Assembly: GCF_006345805.1 (NCBI RefSeq)
Contig: NC_043009.1
Location: forward strand, 41,602,001 to 41,666,000
DNA: 64,000 bases
Direction: 5' to 3'
Source of the DNA: Octopus sinensis
Lineage: Eukaryota
In this document: one piece after another, positions 1-11,689 of the stretch
How positions within the stretch are numbered: position 1 is the stretch's first letter
Layout of the letters: the number at the start of each line of letters is the position of its first letter
Program-made: the position numbers and the translations under genes
Notes under the pieces: generated by a model
The model's database searches: none
Told to the model about the DNA's origin: nothing
Seen by the model: the letters and a program-made list of their open reading frames with translations, nothing else

Positions 1-181
1 ACTGGATCCATAGAATTTCATTGTTTTTTCAATAAAACAGCTTATGAGGAACAAGGTATAACATACAAACATACATAGAAAGTTGTTTTTTCTTCAAAAC
101 CAGAATGTTTTCTTAGAATTCTATTCAAAAATTAGTAAAAATCTTCAAATTTCTACAGACAAATTTCATTATTGTTTACGC

Positions 182-612
182 CTAATTTCCCGTGAATTTG
201 CGCATGGAGGATGTTCTTGCGAGCTGAATCTCAGGAAGATTACGAGCCAAATTCCAGCAATAGTCCGCCACCATATGCAAGTGCCATCTGTTTGGATACC
301 TTTGTTCCATTGATCTTATATGTTGATGGAAGCGTTCTTCCTGCTCGTCACTTGTGTTATCAAGATTTTCCAGGAATTTATCAAGGTGGTTATGGAGATA
401 GCGCTCATATTTATCCCTAATTTTTGAAAGTTCCTCAGCATGTTTCTACTATATCAGCATAATTGGTTGCTTTCATATTGTCCAGATAGTCATTTACAAC
501 TATTGCAAATAAATTTCATGCTGCTGTTTCAATGCAATTCACTGAATTTACAAAATTCCCATCTTTCATAAATTTTCTGACCAGAGTCTCGTCAAATACT
601 CCGGTTTTTATC
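182..612 (-). mobile_element. Decayed C-terminal transposase fragment, Chapaev3/CMC-like DNA transposon (element end probably at or just before window start)
   Basis: Manual minus-strand translation with frameshifts: IKTGVFDETLVRKFMKDGNFVNSV...NMLRNFQKLGINMS..YLHNHLDKFLENLDNTSDEQEERFHQHIRSMEQRYPNRWHLHMVADYCWNLARN...RKFTGN* (TAG at 184-182). This matches the recalled motif GCNMSLKIHFLHSHLDFFPENLGAVSDEQGERFHQDI...MADYCW. The family name is from recall. Confidence 0.8.
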
Positions 613-613
613 T

Positions 614-685
614 ACTCACTGCTATGACCGGAAAATGACCCCCTCTCCCAAAACTTTCGGGCCTTGTGCCTAGATAGAAAAGAAT
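614..685 (+). mobile_element. 3' tail fragment of SINE family B
   Basis: CCCCTCTCCCAAAACTTTCGGGCCTTGTGCCTAGATAGAAAAGAAT matches the tail of fuller copies (e.g. 49820-49865, 55630-55680). Confidence 0.7.
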
Positions 686-1103
686 ATCTATCTGTTTACA
701 AGATTCAGTCACTAGTCTTGGATAATGGCACGGCAGTGTCTTCTGGCATAAAATTGATTACATTTATCTTAATATATATTTTATTGCCCCATTCCTAACC
801 AGATGGTCAAAAAGAGAAGTAGACCTGAGTTGGATTAGAACTCACGACTCAAACACAACCGAATATGTGAAGGGTTTACCGAAACATTTAACCACCTGCG
901 CACTTTCCTGAAACATAAATCTGTTGTTTTAGTCAACAAAATTTTAGTGCGATATTAAACAAAAATAAAAGAAATACAATTTAATGTCAAAAGGCAATTA
1001 TTTTGAGAAAATTCATTTAAAACGATTCTTTAAAAGAGAACTCGGTAAATAAATAGAATTGATACAGCTAAAAGGATAAACAGGTATCTAGTTAAGAGAT
1101 ATG

Positions 1104-1104
<1 letters not shown>

Positions 1105-1176
<72 letters not shown>

Positions 1177-1232
1177 GAAGGGAGAGAGAAAGAGAAAGAG
1201 AGAGAGATACAGAGACTCTATGTGTGTGAGAG
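1105..1232. repeat. (TA)n-(GA)n compound microsatellite
   Basis: Directly visible. Confidence 0.95.
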
Positions 1233-1920
1233 AGGGAGATCAAGAAAGAAGGTGGACCGTTCACAGATTTCAAATAATATTATTTAAATAAAATAAAATA
1301 TTAAACAAATTACTGAATATAATGCAACAAATTATTTTTATTCGGAAGAATACCAGATTATATTAGACTTTGAAAAGCTAAATTTTTTTTGAGAAGCTAA
1401 GATATATATATATGTTTGTGTATGTGTGCGTGTGGCAAATGCCCGAAACCATGAGAGAAGAATTTTAAAAATGGTACGACGTGAAAGAATAGTCGCCTGG
1501 GAATGCACAGATGGTATATATATAGATTTTTGTTTATAGAAATTAAAAAGGAAACAACAAAAACAAAATGCAGAAACAATCAAACAAAAAAATTGATTTA
1601 TGATAATATAAATGATAAGCTGGTTACTTGTAAAATTCTTGAACACTTGGCACCTGCAACAAGACAAGAAAGTAAATGCTCACATAATGAACGTGTTTTG
1701 TCCCCACAGGTGTGATATAATAATACAATGACAGGTAAACTTGTCAAAATGTAATAAACGTTTTTCGATTGTAATAAACTAGATAGTAATGGAAACAGGG
1801 ATTTAACGATTGGCTGTGTTAGTTGTAATAGTTGTTGTTGTTACTTAGCTGTGTCCTCAACCACCCCGGTTCGCCCTGATCTTTAAGGTTAAAGATCAAA
1901 GTCATTCCACCTATATGAGT

Positions 1921-2240
1921 GCAGACAAGGCCTGTGTGGTTAAGAATCTCGGTTTGCGATCGCGTGGTTTCTGTGGTTTCCGGGACAGTCTCATGACGAG
2001 GTATCTTGGGTAAGTTTTTTTCTGCTCTAGTTCCGGGACTTGTGAGTGAATTTGGTAGACGGAAACTGTGTAATCTCGCCTTATGTATGTTTATGTTCCG
2101 TGCCTTCTGAGTGAATTTAGAAAGCAGAAACTGTATAGAAGCTCGTCTAATGTATGTTTGTGTTTGCTACCCATGACCACCGCTTCACAGCCGGTGTTCG
2201 TTTGTTTACGTGACCGTAACTGGTTAACGGTTCGGCCAAA
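1921..2240 (+). mobile_element. Degenerate SINE family A copy
   Basis: tRNA-like head (GGCCTGTGTGGTTAAGAATCTC) plus GTGAGTGAATTTGGTAGACGGAAACTG and CCGGTGTTCGTTTGTTTACG blocks shared with 45879-46407. Confidence 0.7.
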
Positions 2241-2257
2241 GATTCTAATGGAATAAA

Positions 2258-2572
2258 TTATTTATTTATTTATGCACCTTTTCAAGCCTAGCCAGGCTCA
2301 TGGGCCCGGTTTCCCGGTTTCTGTGGCGTATGTGACCCCCCAGCTGGACGGGACAGCAGTCCATCGCAGCGTTACTCAAGAAACAGGAAGAGAGAGTGAG
2401 AGAAAGTTGGGGCTAAAGAGTACAACAGGGGTCGCCCCCCCCCCTGCCGGAGCCTCGTGGAGCTTTTTACATGTTTTCGCTCAATAAGCACACACAACGC
2501 CCGGTCTCGGAATCGAAACCGTGATTCTCCGACCGAGAGTCCGTTGCCCTAACCACTAGGCCATTGCACCTC
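2258..2572 (-). mobile_element. tRNA-derived SINE family C with (TAAA)n tail
   Basis: Minus strand GAGGTGCAATGGCCTAGTGGTTAGGGCAACGGACTC...GGTTTCGATTCCGAGACCGGGCG (A/B boxes). About the first 190 bp are shared with 38381-38570. Confidence 0.85.
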
Positions 2573-2859
2573 TACAATGGAATAAATACCAGATTAAAAT
2601 AAAATATGTACAAGGGCTGGTTTGTTCGATTAAAACTTGTCAAAGTGATGCCCCAGCATGGCCGGAATCCACTGCATGAAGCAAGTAAAAGGTAAAAGAT
2701 AAAGTAATTGTCGGGTGCACGGGTACATGCACCCATGGGTACGTGCATGTACGTGCACGCAGGTTTCCCTCCAGTAGCGCACAAACGTACTTTGTATGCG
2801 CACAGAAAATTAATGTTTGAACATATGGTTAATTAAGATTCTTTAGTAGTTTCTAATAG

Positions 2860-3300
2860 TTTCAAACTTTAGCACAATGCCAGCAATTTTAGTGGGGAGT
2901 GGGTTTTCTGATTACATTGATCTCAATTCTTCGGTGGTACTTATTTTATCGACCGCGGTGGTATGAAAGGCAAAGTTGACTTGGGCGGAATTTGAAATTA
3001 GAACATTAAAAGTCGGAAGTAATGCGGCTTAGCATTTTGTTCGACGCTCTAACGATTCTCTTTGCTAGTTGCATTAAAAATAATTCTTAAATAATAATAG
3101 TTCTTTCTAATTTCAAGGCGAGGGGCTTGTTGATTATATCGATCTGAGTAACTGGCTGGTCCTTGTTTCATCGACCTAGAGGGGACGAAAGGCAGAAAAG
3201 GACCTCGGTGGTATTTGAACTCAGACGGTGAAGAGCCTGAAGAAATACAGCTAAGCATTGTTCGACGCGCTATTGATCCCGCCAGCTCGCCGCCTTGTAG
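2860..3300 (-). mobile_element. Two adjacent degenerate SINE family B copies
   Basis: ATGAAAGGCAAAGTTGAC..GGCGGAATTTGAA core, and head GATCCCGCCAGCTCGCCGCCTT on the plus strand. Confidence 0.75.
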
Positions 3301-3333
3301 CAATTAATGAAAGATACTTATATATTTCAGTAT

Positions 3334-3703
3334 GTTCAGTTCCACTGCGTGGCACCTTGGGCAAGTGTCTTCTACAATAGCCTCAGGCCAACCAAAGCCT
3401 TGTGAGTGAATCTGGTAAACGGAAACTGAAAGAATCCCATCGTATATATGTATATATATATAAATATGTGTGTGTGCGTTTGTGTTTGTGTGCCTGTATT
3501 TGTCCCCCACCAGCATCGCTTGACAACCGATGCTGGTGTGTTTACGTCTTCGTAACCTAGCGTTTCGGCAAAAGAGATCGATAGAATAAGCACTAAGCTT
3601 ACAAAGAATAAGTCCTGGCGTCGATTTGCTAGACTAAAGGCGGTGCTCCAGCATGGCCACAGTCAAATGACTGAAATAAGTAACAGAGCAAAAGAGTAAA
3701 GAG
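3334..3703 (+). mobile_element. SINE family A, 5'-truncated
   Basis: GTTCAGTTCCACTGCGTGGCACCTTGGGCAAGTGTCTTC...AAAGGCGGTGCTCCAGCATGGCC...AAAAGAGTAAAGAG; colinear with 24913-25321 and 46036-46407. Confidence 0.9.
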
Positions 3704-4440
3704 CATGTACATAGTTTTGTTGCAGGTAATAAAATTTATACATGGTTTTTGTGCAGGTGGACTTATAAATTATTGGATTCCAACTGTGACCATCCTGTCT
3801 TTTTTATTTATATAGGCTAAACTATCTCATGTATTGTATTATTTAAAATGGTAACGTGATATTTGGAAGAGATTTGGTAACTATTTCTAGCGGGTCTCAA
3901 GACCACCTAGAGGCCCTCTCGTTGCTAGGCTTTATCTAATGTGTCCAAACCAAAGCAGTATATTTTACAGGAGTAACTGTTGAATATGAAAGATGTACTA
4001 AGTAGTAAGTAGGCGTGTCCAATTAATAAAGACATCTTGAAGAAACAAAACATAGGCGTGGCGTTGTAGAGCAATAGGCGTGGCAAAAATGAGTGACATA
4101 ATAGGTGTGGCTATACAACTAAAAGGAATGGAGAATTTGCTTTTAAAATTGATTTTAACTATGAAGTCTTGTAAAAATGTTGATAGAGAGAACATAGAGA
4201 TATGATTAACAAGCTTGTCAAAAGGGACTGTATGTGGACGTTCTGTCTGCTAGAAACACTAGCTATGTCTTCTTCAACTTTTAAATCTTGCTATACTAAA
4301 AAGAAAAAAAACGATGGACATCGTATTGGATAATGTAGATTCATATGCACATTATGGACTGGATGTCCACAGTTGGAACGTCTTGACTATAGGTCCGTTG
4401 AACCACGACTGACCTGGGTTAAACAACATTTATTTTGCTT

Positions 4441-6960
4441 TATTTGAAAAAGTCACCCCAACTTAAGAAATCGGTCACCACTTTTGACCCAAATCATGCA
4501 AAATTCTAGGAGTTCATAACGCCTGCTGAAGGTTTTAGCAAATTTGGTGTGCTGACTCAATGCAATACAGAAATAGTAAATCTGAAATTTCATCTTTCTA
4601 GTTGAAGGAGTTTCGTAGTTATGGGCTTTTTAAACTATAACCACTAGGTAGCACAAGATTCACACTTCACTTTTTCCGCTGCTTAAATCCTTCTAAACGC
4701 AAGAGAGATGAGGAATAAAAGTATATTTAAATATTTTAAAGATTACTGGATCGAAATTGCTCTATGCAAAGGTTCAAAACTAGGTTATTTTAAGACAGGG
4801 GCCACTACAAGCATTCGATAACATACAAAATTTAAAAAAATAGATATTTTAACACTATAGGCTTAATTCCAATTTTAAATAACTGTATAAGAAAAAGGGT
4901 GCTAAACGTTAGCAAATTTTTAAACATAACAAAGAATTAATATGTTTTGTTAGATAAAATAATTATTATGTTTGGTTAGATAAAATACATCGAAGCTGAA
5001 GTTTCTCCTTCCTTTTACAAACGTCATAAAGGTCTTGAAGGCACTTGATCGCCCGTTCAGGGAATTCCCAGTTTTGATGGTTCTCGATTCCAAAAGTTTT
5101 TTAGAGTTCAATACTTTTTTTATGAACTTGCAATGTAACTTCTGATAATCATGTGCATTGAACATTTGGTCAGTAAACCAAAAATCTGCTCAGCTGTAAG
5201 AGAGGAATCGACTAATATTGAGAAGCAAGACTTTTTTCTCTGGTAGAAGAATAAATGCCAAAAGAGCTAGTATTGCTCGAGAATTCCATTTTGCATTACA
5301 TAAGTTGGGTATTTTTTGAAACTTTACAGTAGGAAATTTGCCGGTTTCTTGAAAGAAAAGAAGAACTGGGCAAAGGAAATAGAAATTTCATGTCATCTCG
5401 CCATCCTGCTGATTCAGTAATCTTTTCTTCATCATTGTTGAAATTAGCCTGAAGTTTCTCGTAATTATTTAGAAACTCTGGGATGAAAGTTATCCATTAC
5501 AACGCGAAGAACTCTGTCAAGGATATGAAGCTGACAACCAATAAATTGCAGTTCTTTCAATCCCTTTTGAGCAAACAGCCTTTGCAACTGAATGACAATG
5601 CCATTTCTTTTCCCAGTGTGCACATTCGTTGTATAAGCGACAATCGTCTTTACACAGTTCCATAAATTTTATTCATCCAAAACAGATGTTATTCCTTTCA
5701 CAACTGTATCGGCTTTTCTGTTTAGTAATTGGAGTGCTTCTAACTTAACTTCTCACAGTTCATTCTTTAAAACTAGCACTTGGTATTCTTGGTCATCAAT
5801 ACGTTTTCCATCAAAATGCAATGATCAGTTTTATAAATGTAGTGTTCTTTTCATTTTCTTTTTTTAGCTTTAATAACTTCTTTGATAGTCAATCTGTAAA
5901 TACCAGATTGGGAAGAAGTCTCGACATTGATTCCATCTTGAGATAATTGTCGACAAACTGCTGCTGCTTTTTGGGTTGATAGGTTGGAAAATATTACTAA
6001 CTTGGTTGCAGTTCCAGTTTTGCTATATTTCCCCCTTGCTTGTGTGGATTATTCATCTGATTTTTCGGACTCTTGATATTCACTTTCAGTCTCTGCTTCA
6101 GACGTTGACAGTGATACTGTAGTTGCTCTGGTTGAAGTTGGCATTAAGGGCACTTTTCTTCTTTTGGATGGATGGATAGTTTTGGAACCGGCTGCTTTTT
6201 CAGTTCCGTACCCAACCTGCCCCTTACTTTCAGTTTGAAGATAATATAACCTTCTATCCTCACAACTATTCACCGTTTTCCTTTGTGATGTCAAATATTC
6301 CTTTCAATGAATCGTTTTTTTCTCGTTTTACAAGTATTCGGCACTTTTTCTACTTTTGCTTGTACATTTTGAATTGATAATTATGGGAAATTTAATTTCT
6401 TTTGCCATAAAAATGTTACTTCTTTCGAAATTTCCTTTGTTTTTCTTTCCTTCTTTTGATTGTACTTCCAAGGAAAGGGTAGCAACCGACAATTTGAAGT
6501 TTCATTGGTATCCTGCAGTTGTTTTCCAAAGAATGCTCTTCCTATGTATGTCTTGAAATTGCCCGAGATTCTTCGTTCAGATATTTTATTTCTTTGAGTG
6601 ACAAAAGCACTTCTCTTATGAGACATTATTTCAGATACTCCAGTTGGATAAGCCTATTATTCTGAAAAACAGTTAATATAGCCAGAGTTTTTAGCGTCAC
6701 AGAAATGAAAAGGAGAGGAAGAGGATATTTCCTAAAGTAGAGCCTAAGTGGAAACAAATTAATAACTCTATAACTCCTAAACTACTTGAACTTGAAAGCT
6801 GAAGTTTGAGATATACTGCTTCTGCATTACATTAAGTCAGCACACCATGTTTGGTAAAAAACTGGAGCTGGCATTGTGAACACCCACCCTAGAATTTTGC
6901 ATGATTTGGGTAAAAAGTGGAGTTAGATTTCTTTAGTTGGGAATGATGATTTTTAAAAAT
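4441..6960 (-). mobile_element. Decayed hAT-superfamily (hATm/hATx-like) DNA transposon with ~200-bp imperfect TIRs and pseudogenised transposase
   Basis: 4441-~4635 is the reverse complement of ~6760-6960 (e.g. CCACTTTTGACCCAAATCATGCAAAATTCTAGG vs CCTAGAATTTTGCATGATTTGGGTAAAAAGTGG). Minus-strand translation gives SLHFDGKRIDDQEYQVLVLKN...IVAYTTNVHTGKRNGIV...IGCQLHILDRVL...IPNLCNAKWNSRAILAL, i.e. hAT-type D, CxxH and RWNS motifs with stops. ORF-track pieces 6381-6626, 6049-6294 and 4950-5165 lie inside. Confidence 0.85.
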
Positions 6961-7046
6961 AAAGATTATTTTCTCTACTTATATGAAATTGTTCATCGAC
7001 TTTTGATACAGGAAATTGTTTACTTCCAAAAATATCAAAAAGCCAG

Positions 7047-7233
7047 AACACACACACACACAGACTCACACACACATATATATATGTATATATATATATA
7101 TATATATAGATATATATATATATATATATATAATATATATATATATATGTATATAAATATGTATATATATACTCTATAGATATATTCGTATATATACATA
7201 TTATATATACGTATATATATTGGTCTATATATA

Positions 7234-7297
<64 letters not shown>

Positions 7298-7309
7298 ACA
7301 TATACACGG

Positions 7310-7342
<33 letters not shown>

Positions 7343-7375
7343 CATATATATATACACATATACACATATATATAG
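7047..7375. repeat. (TA)n/(CA)n compound microsatellite
   Basis: Directly visible. Confidence 0.95.
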
Positions 7376-7800
7376 ACGGAAAAGGGAACATTCGAGAAAG
7401 TTTATTGCTCACAACGATCATTTCGACGCATCCTATATCGATACCTTACGGGTGGGATACTGTCCAACTAGTCGTAGTGCATCTCGCAGATGATGCTGTA
7501 AGGGATATCTCGTGAAATAAACTGTTTCATACAAAGCAGACGCCGACCGGTCGTACTTATTTCCACAGTGGAGAGAGGTCGCCATTTTCCTTCCATGTCG
7601 GCTATCTCTGACGAGCGTATATTATATAACTGGTTTGTTGCCTAACACTACATTATATAATTTCACGCTAAACCGATTTGTAAGACCAGCCGTTATGGAT
7701 AATTAACATTATAAAATTCAGACAATATACCCATTCTACTAACAGTTATACGAGTGTATCTTCTCCCTGACCTATGGTCTCTTAGATGACACAAGCGGGC

Positions 7801-7843
<43 letters not shown>

Positions 7844-7869
7844 GCACAGACTTACACATTCTCACATAC

Positions 7870-8152
7870 ACACGCGTAACTTCATTTTGGGATCACCAGT
7901 ACTTTATTATCCCCCATTCTCCCTAGCTCTCCTGTCCAATATCCTTTCTCCAATAAGTCGGCATGATTGACCGCTAAATCCACAAGTTTTTTTTTTTATT
8001 CTCTCTCTGTTTATTTCCTCGTGCTCCTTTCTGTTGAAGAGCGTAGGCTCAAAAGGTACAAGACTTTCTCATCTTCCCGAATGTCAAACTAATACACCTG
8101 CTTGTTGTTTTATACACCTGTCTTCGTCTTTTGTTTTTCTGTAAATTTGAAC
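7870..8152 (+). mobile_element. Short pyrimidine-rich element between (TA)n tracts with a degenerate HHR-like core (Penelope pLTR-like remnant)
   Basis: CTTT-CTGTTGA-A-GAGC-GTAG-GCTC-AAAAGGTA at 8027-8058; same architecture as 57287-57508. Confidence 0.55.
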
Positions 8153-8232
<80 letters not shown>

Positions 8233-8324
8233 ATATATATTATACATATATGTATATATATATGTATGTATATATATGTATATATATATATATTATATAT
8301 TATATATAATATATATATATATAA

Positions 8325-8627
8325 AATTATAAATAAAGGCAAAAGAAAAAAAATGTCTTTGCTAATATGCTGAAAAATAGACGCGAAATCGACTAACGTG
8401 GTTATGTCTAAGTATTTCATTTATTTTCTTTTTGTTCCTCGCTGATGAAGTGAGAATCCTTTTTGGGATTAATCCAGAAATCACAACCGATTCGGGAATA
8501 ACTATATTGTTTTCGGCACGTGGTGTATTAATATAAGTGGAAATATCTTATGCGGTTAGACGATTTAGTGTCTATTTTTCAGCATATTGGCAAAGAATTT
8601 TTTTTCTTTTTGCCCTTATTTATAATT
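8325..8627. mobile_element. Fold-back/MITE-like element with ~75-100-bp imperfect inverted arms next to (TA)n
   Basis: AATTATAAATAAAGGCAAAAGAAAAAAAATGTCTTTGCTAATATGCTGAAAAATAGAC (8325-) is the reverse complement of GTCTATTTTTCAGCATATTGGCAAAGAATTTTTTTTCTTTTTGCCCTTATTTATAATT (-8627). Confidence 0.8.
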
Positions 8628-8684
8628 GCATTCATAATGTTCATCTTAAAAGGTATTTTCATATGCTGGCCACTTATATTAGAA

Positions 8685-8685
<1 letters not shown>

Positions 8686-8758
<73 letters not shown>

Positions 8759-8977
8759 ATTTATATATATATATATTTATATATATATATTTATATATAT
8801 ATGTATGTGTGTGTGTGTGTGTCTGTATTATATATATTAATATAGGTATATGCATATATCCATATATAAATATATATGCATACATATACACACATATAAA
8901 CATACTTATGTCTGCAAATGTCTCTCACTGTATATATATATAAATACACAAGCGCAAGTGAACACTTGTGAACACGG

Positions 8978-9006
<29 letters not shown>
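8686..9006. repeat. (TA)n/(TG)n/(CA)n microsatellite block (a similar TA block lies at 8153-8324)
   Basis: Directly visible. Confidence 0.9.
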
Positions 9007-9008
<2 letters not shown>

Positions 9009-9340
9009 ACCATTCAATTTATCTTACGCTTCTCATTGGATACGTAAGTTAAACAGTCCAAAACAGATTATACCAGGATAAAGAAAGCGAATTGTTGTCT
9101 AGAAGTTCCTCGATCAGGGATCTTGTTATCCAGGACTGTTTTAAACAGCTACAACGACGACGATGACAAAAACAACAACAATAATAATAGTATCAAGAGA
9201 AATGATAATAATATCAGTACTCAATCGTGTTTTTAGATTTCTTTCATTTTATCAAAACAACGGAATGTGTAACAACAGGAATAATTAGTAAGAAATTAAA
9301 CAGCAGTTTACCTTGAATGCGTTGTTATTTCTATTCTCTG

Positions 9341-9533
9341 TGAGGAGGAGAGCTGGCAGAATCATTAGCACGCTGGACGAAATACTTAGCAGTATTCCGC
9401 CAAACTCCGCCGAAGTTGACTTTGCCTTTCGTCATTTCGGGGTCGATAAATTAAGAACCAGTGAAACACTGGGATTGATGCAATTGACTAGCACCCTCCC
9501 CTAAAAGTCCGGCCTTGTACCTTTGTGTAAGGA
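9341..9533 (+). mobile_element. SINE family B with 17-bp target-site duplication
   Basis: Head GAGCTGGCAGAATCATTAGCACG and core GTTGACTTTGCCTTTCGTCATTTCGGGGTCGATAAATTAAG. Direct repeat GTTATTTCTATTCTCTG at 9324-9340 and 9534-9550. Confidence 0.9.
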
Positions 9534-11134
9534 GTTATTTCTATTCTCTGCACTTAGAAATAAAGCCTGCAGTGGTTTAATATTTAATAAACATTCCTAA
9601 AAAATACATACACACATATATGTTCATCTATGTGCATAAATATTTATATGCACGCACGCACACATATTACACACTCACAGACACACAAACACCCCCTCAC
9701 ACACACACATATACATGTGTGCATAATATACAAAAGAAGATTCTGAAAAATACATTACATTGTAAGAATGGAACCTACATCGGTGCTCTGGCAGTGATAT
9801 CTATCATAGTAACCAACTACCTGACAAATTACAATATACAGACACAGAAAGATATTTTTTTTCTTCTTTCTTCGACTTCGTTCCTTAATTAGTAACTAAA
9901 CTGTTACGTGATAGCACTATTACGTCATGACACATAAGGGCAGTCTGTTTCGATACGAGTGACCGCTGACACAGAATAAAATTTCATACCACCATTACGT
10001 AAGTGCTATCTGTGACACAACAGGCAGCTTTGTCAGATTCTTCGTTTGCCTACCAACTTCTGCAACAAATAGTTTGTCTTTTATATTTTACTCTAGATTT
10101 AGAACAACACCATTCTTATATTTGTTTGTGTTTATATATAACAGAAACTGAACATAAAAAAAAAGAAAGAAAAAGATTTGAATGTTATGCAGATTATTTA
10201 CAGTACAACATTTAATTGTACCAACCAGATTAAGGCATGAATCTTATGCATAAGATGTTTCTAATCATCCATAACTCAGCACTGGCCACATTGGGCTACA
10301 TAAACCACAACCGTTTATTCAAAGCATAATCTACACTCAATGGACAAAAGGATAAAATATATAATTAAACGAATAAGTTGTTTAGTTTAATATATGTAAT
10401 ATATGGAAGGATTCTAAGAATCCAGAACGCAACTCATTCCTCCGTGGACAATGGAAAAGTCTACAATTCCTTTGAAACAAAATCTACAATTAATCCACAA
10501 TAAATCGATCCCGTACAGTTGTATGGGGGCTTTGTTGCTATAGGCTCGGCAATAGGGGGTGTTGTGGTTGCAGGGAGTACAAAATATGGGGTGGAGTATA
10601 TTGAAAATGCTTTGAACATAATCCTGAAAAACGAGCGGGTACACATTTTTGACCTGATTCGAAACATTACTTTTCCATTATTGGATCTTTCTTATTTGAT
10701 TACTGTACAAACATTCTGCCGCGTCAAAATGCTTTGCAATATTTTAGTAGCTTATTTGCTTTATTCGTCAATTATTACAAAAGCAACCTAGTACCCAGCG
10801 TAGAAGCCATTGTATTGCACTGTCTAAAGGCACCTTTCTGCCAGTTCTTTGTCCTACGCTGGTACCAGTTCTTGTCCTTCGAGACGAACGACTCCTTCAC
10901 AAAATCTTCATCCTTTTGGTTGATGAAGCGTCGCAAGCGCAGGAAGTGATACACGGATCAGGAGTAATGATCTAAGGGGGCTAATTTCGGATAATATGCT
11001 AGAGTGGCATCAGTTCGAATACCTCAAGTTCCTGGAGGCTATTCGAGCGGTTTGAGAGCTTGCGTTGTCTTGTTGCAGAAGAGCTCGCTTTCTCTTAACC
11101 AATGCTGAGTATGTTTGCTGCACAATGGCATACA

Positions 11135-11327
11135 TCCCTAAGGTGCCGAAATTTAGGGGTAGGGGACTAATCGATTACATCGACCCCAGTACTTAACTGG
11201 TACTTAATTTATCGACCTCGAATAGATAAAAGACAAAATCGACCTCGGCGGAATTTGAACGTAGCGACTGGCGCAATACCGCTAAGCATTTTGCTCGACA
11301 TGCTAACGATTCTGCCAGCTCACCGCC

Positions 11328-11329
<2 letters not shown>
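11135..11329 (-). mobile_element. SINE family B
   Basis: Plus strand TCGACCTCGGCGGAATTTGAAC...TGCTAACGATTCTGCCAGCTCACCGCCTT. Confidence 0.85.
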
Positions 11330-11379
<50 letters not shown>

Positions 11380-11426
11380 TAATAATATTAATAATGATAT
11401 AATATAATAATATAATAATAATAATA

Positions 11427-11484
<58 letters not shown>

Positions 11485-11491
11485 AATATTA

Positions 11492-11524
<33 letters not shown>

Positions 11525-11530
11525 TATAAT
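11330..11530. repeat. (TAA)n microsatellite
   Basis: Directly visible. Confidence 0.95.
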
Positions 11531-11637
11531 GCATGTGCCTGGTGTACCCTTATCAGACGGGTAGTCATGATGGGTATACTAGGCTTCGTATATTTTACCC
11601 CAGTGTCACTTTGATGGCATGCTCTGCTCGCTCACTC
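11531..11637 (+). mobile_element. 5'-truncated copy of a TAA-embedded retroposon-like element
   Basis: Closely similar to 13659-13766 (GCATGTGCCTGGTGTACCCTTATCAGACGG...CCCCAGTGTCACTTTGATGGC...TCACTC then (AAT)n); flanked by TAA repeats on both sides. Confidence 0.75.

Positions 11638-11686
<49 letters not shown>

Positions 11687-11689
<3 letters not shown>

Noticed and set aside
1710-1740. Possible 25-nt micro-exon, and 13-mer TACAATGACAGGT shared with 16892-16904
   Set aside because: Chance 13-mer matches are expected in this much AT-rich sequence, and no compatible downstream exon was found.
2715-2758. 44-nt GTGCAC/GTAC-rich hairpin
   Set aside because: Built from short self-complementary RY modules; likely a degenerate microsatellite.
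4008-4110. Four TAGGCGTGGC-like motifs
   Set aside because: Irregular spacing and degenerate repeats; not a CRISPR array, and no element boundaries found.
7035-8845. Long ORFs of YI/CV/HT repeats (and similar ones at 14-16 kb, 20-21 kb, 26-27 kb, 41-47 kb, 50 kb, 56-58 kb)
   Set aside because: Translations of dinucleotide/tetranucleotide microsatellites, which lack stop codons by composition.
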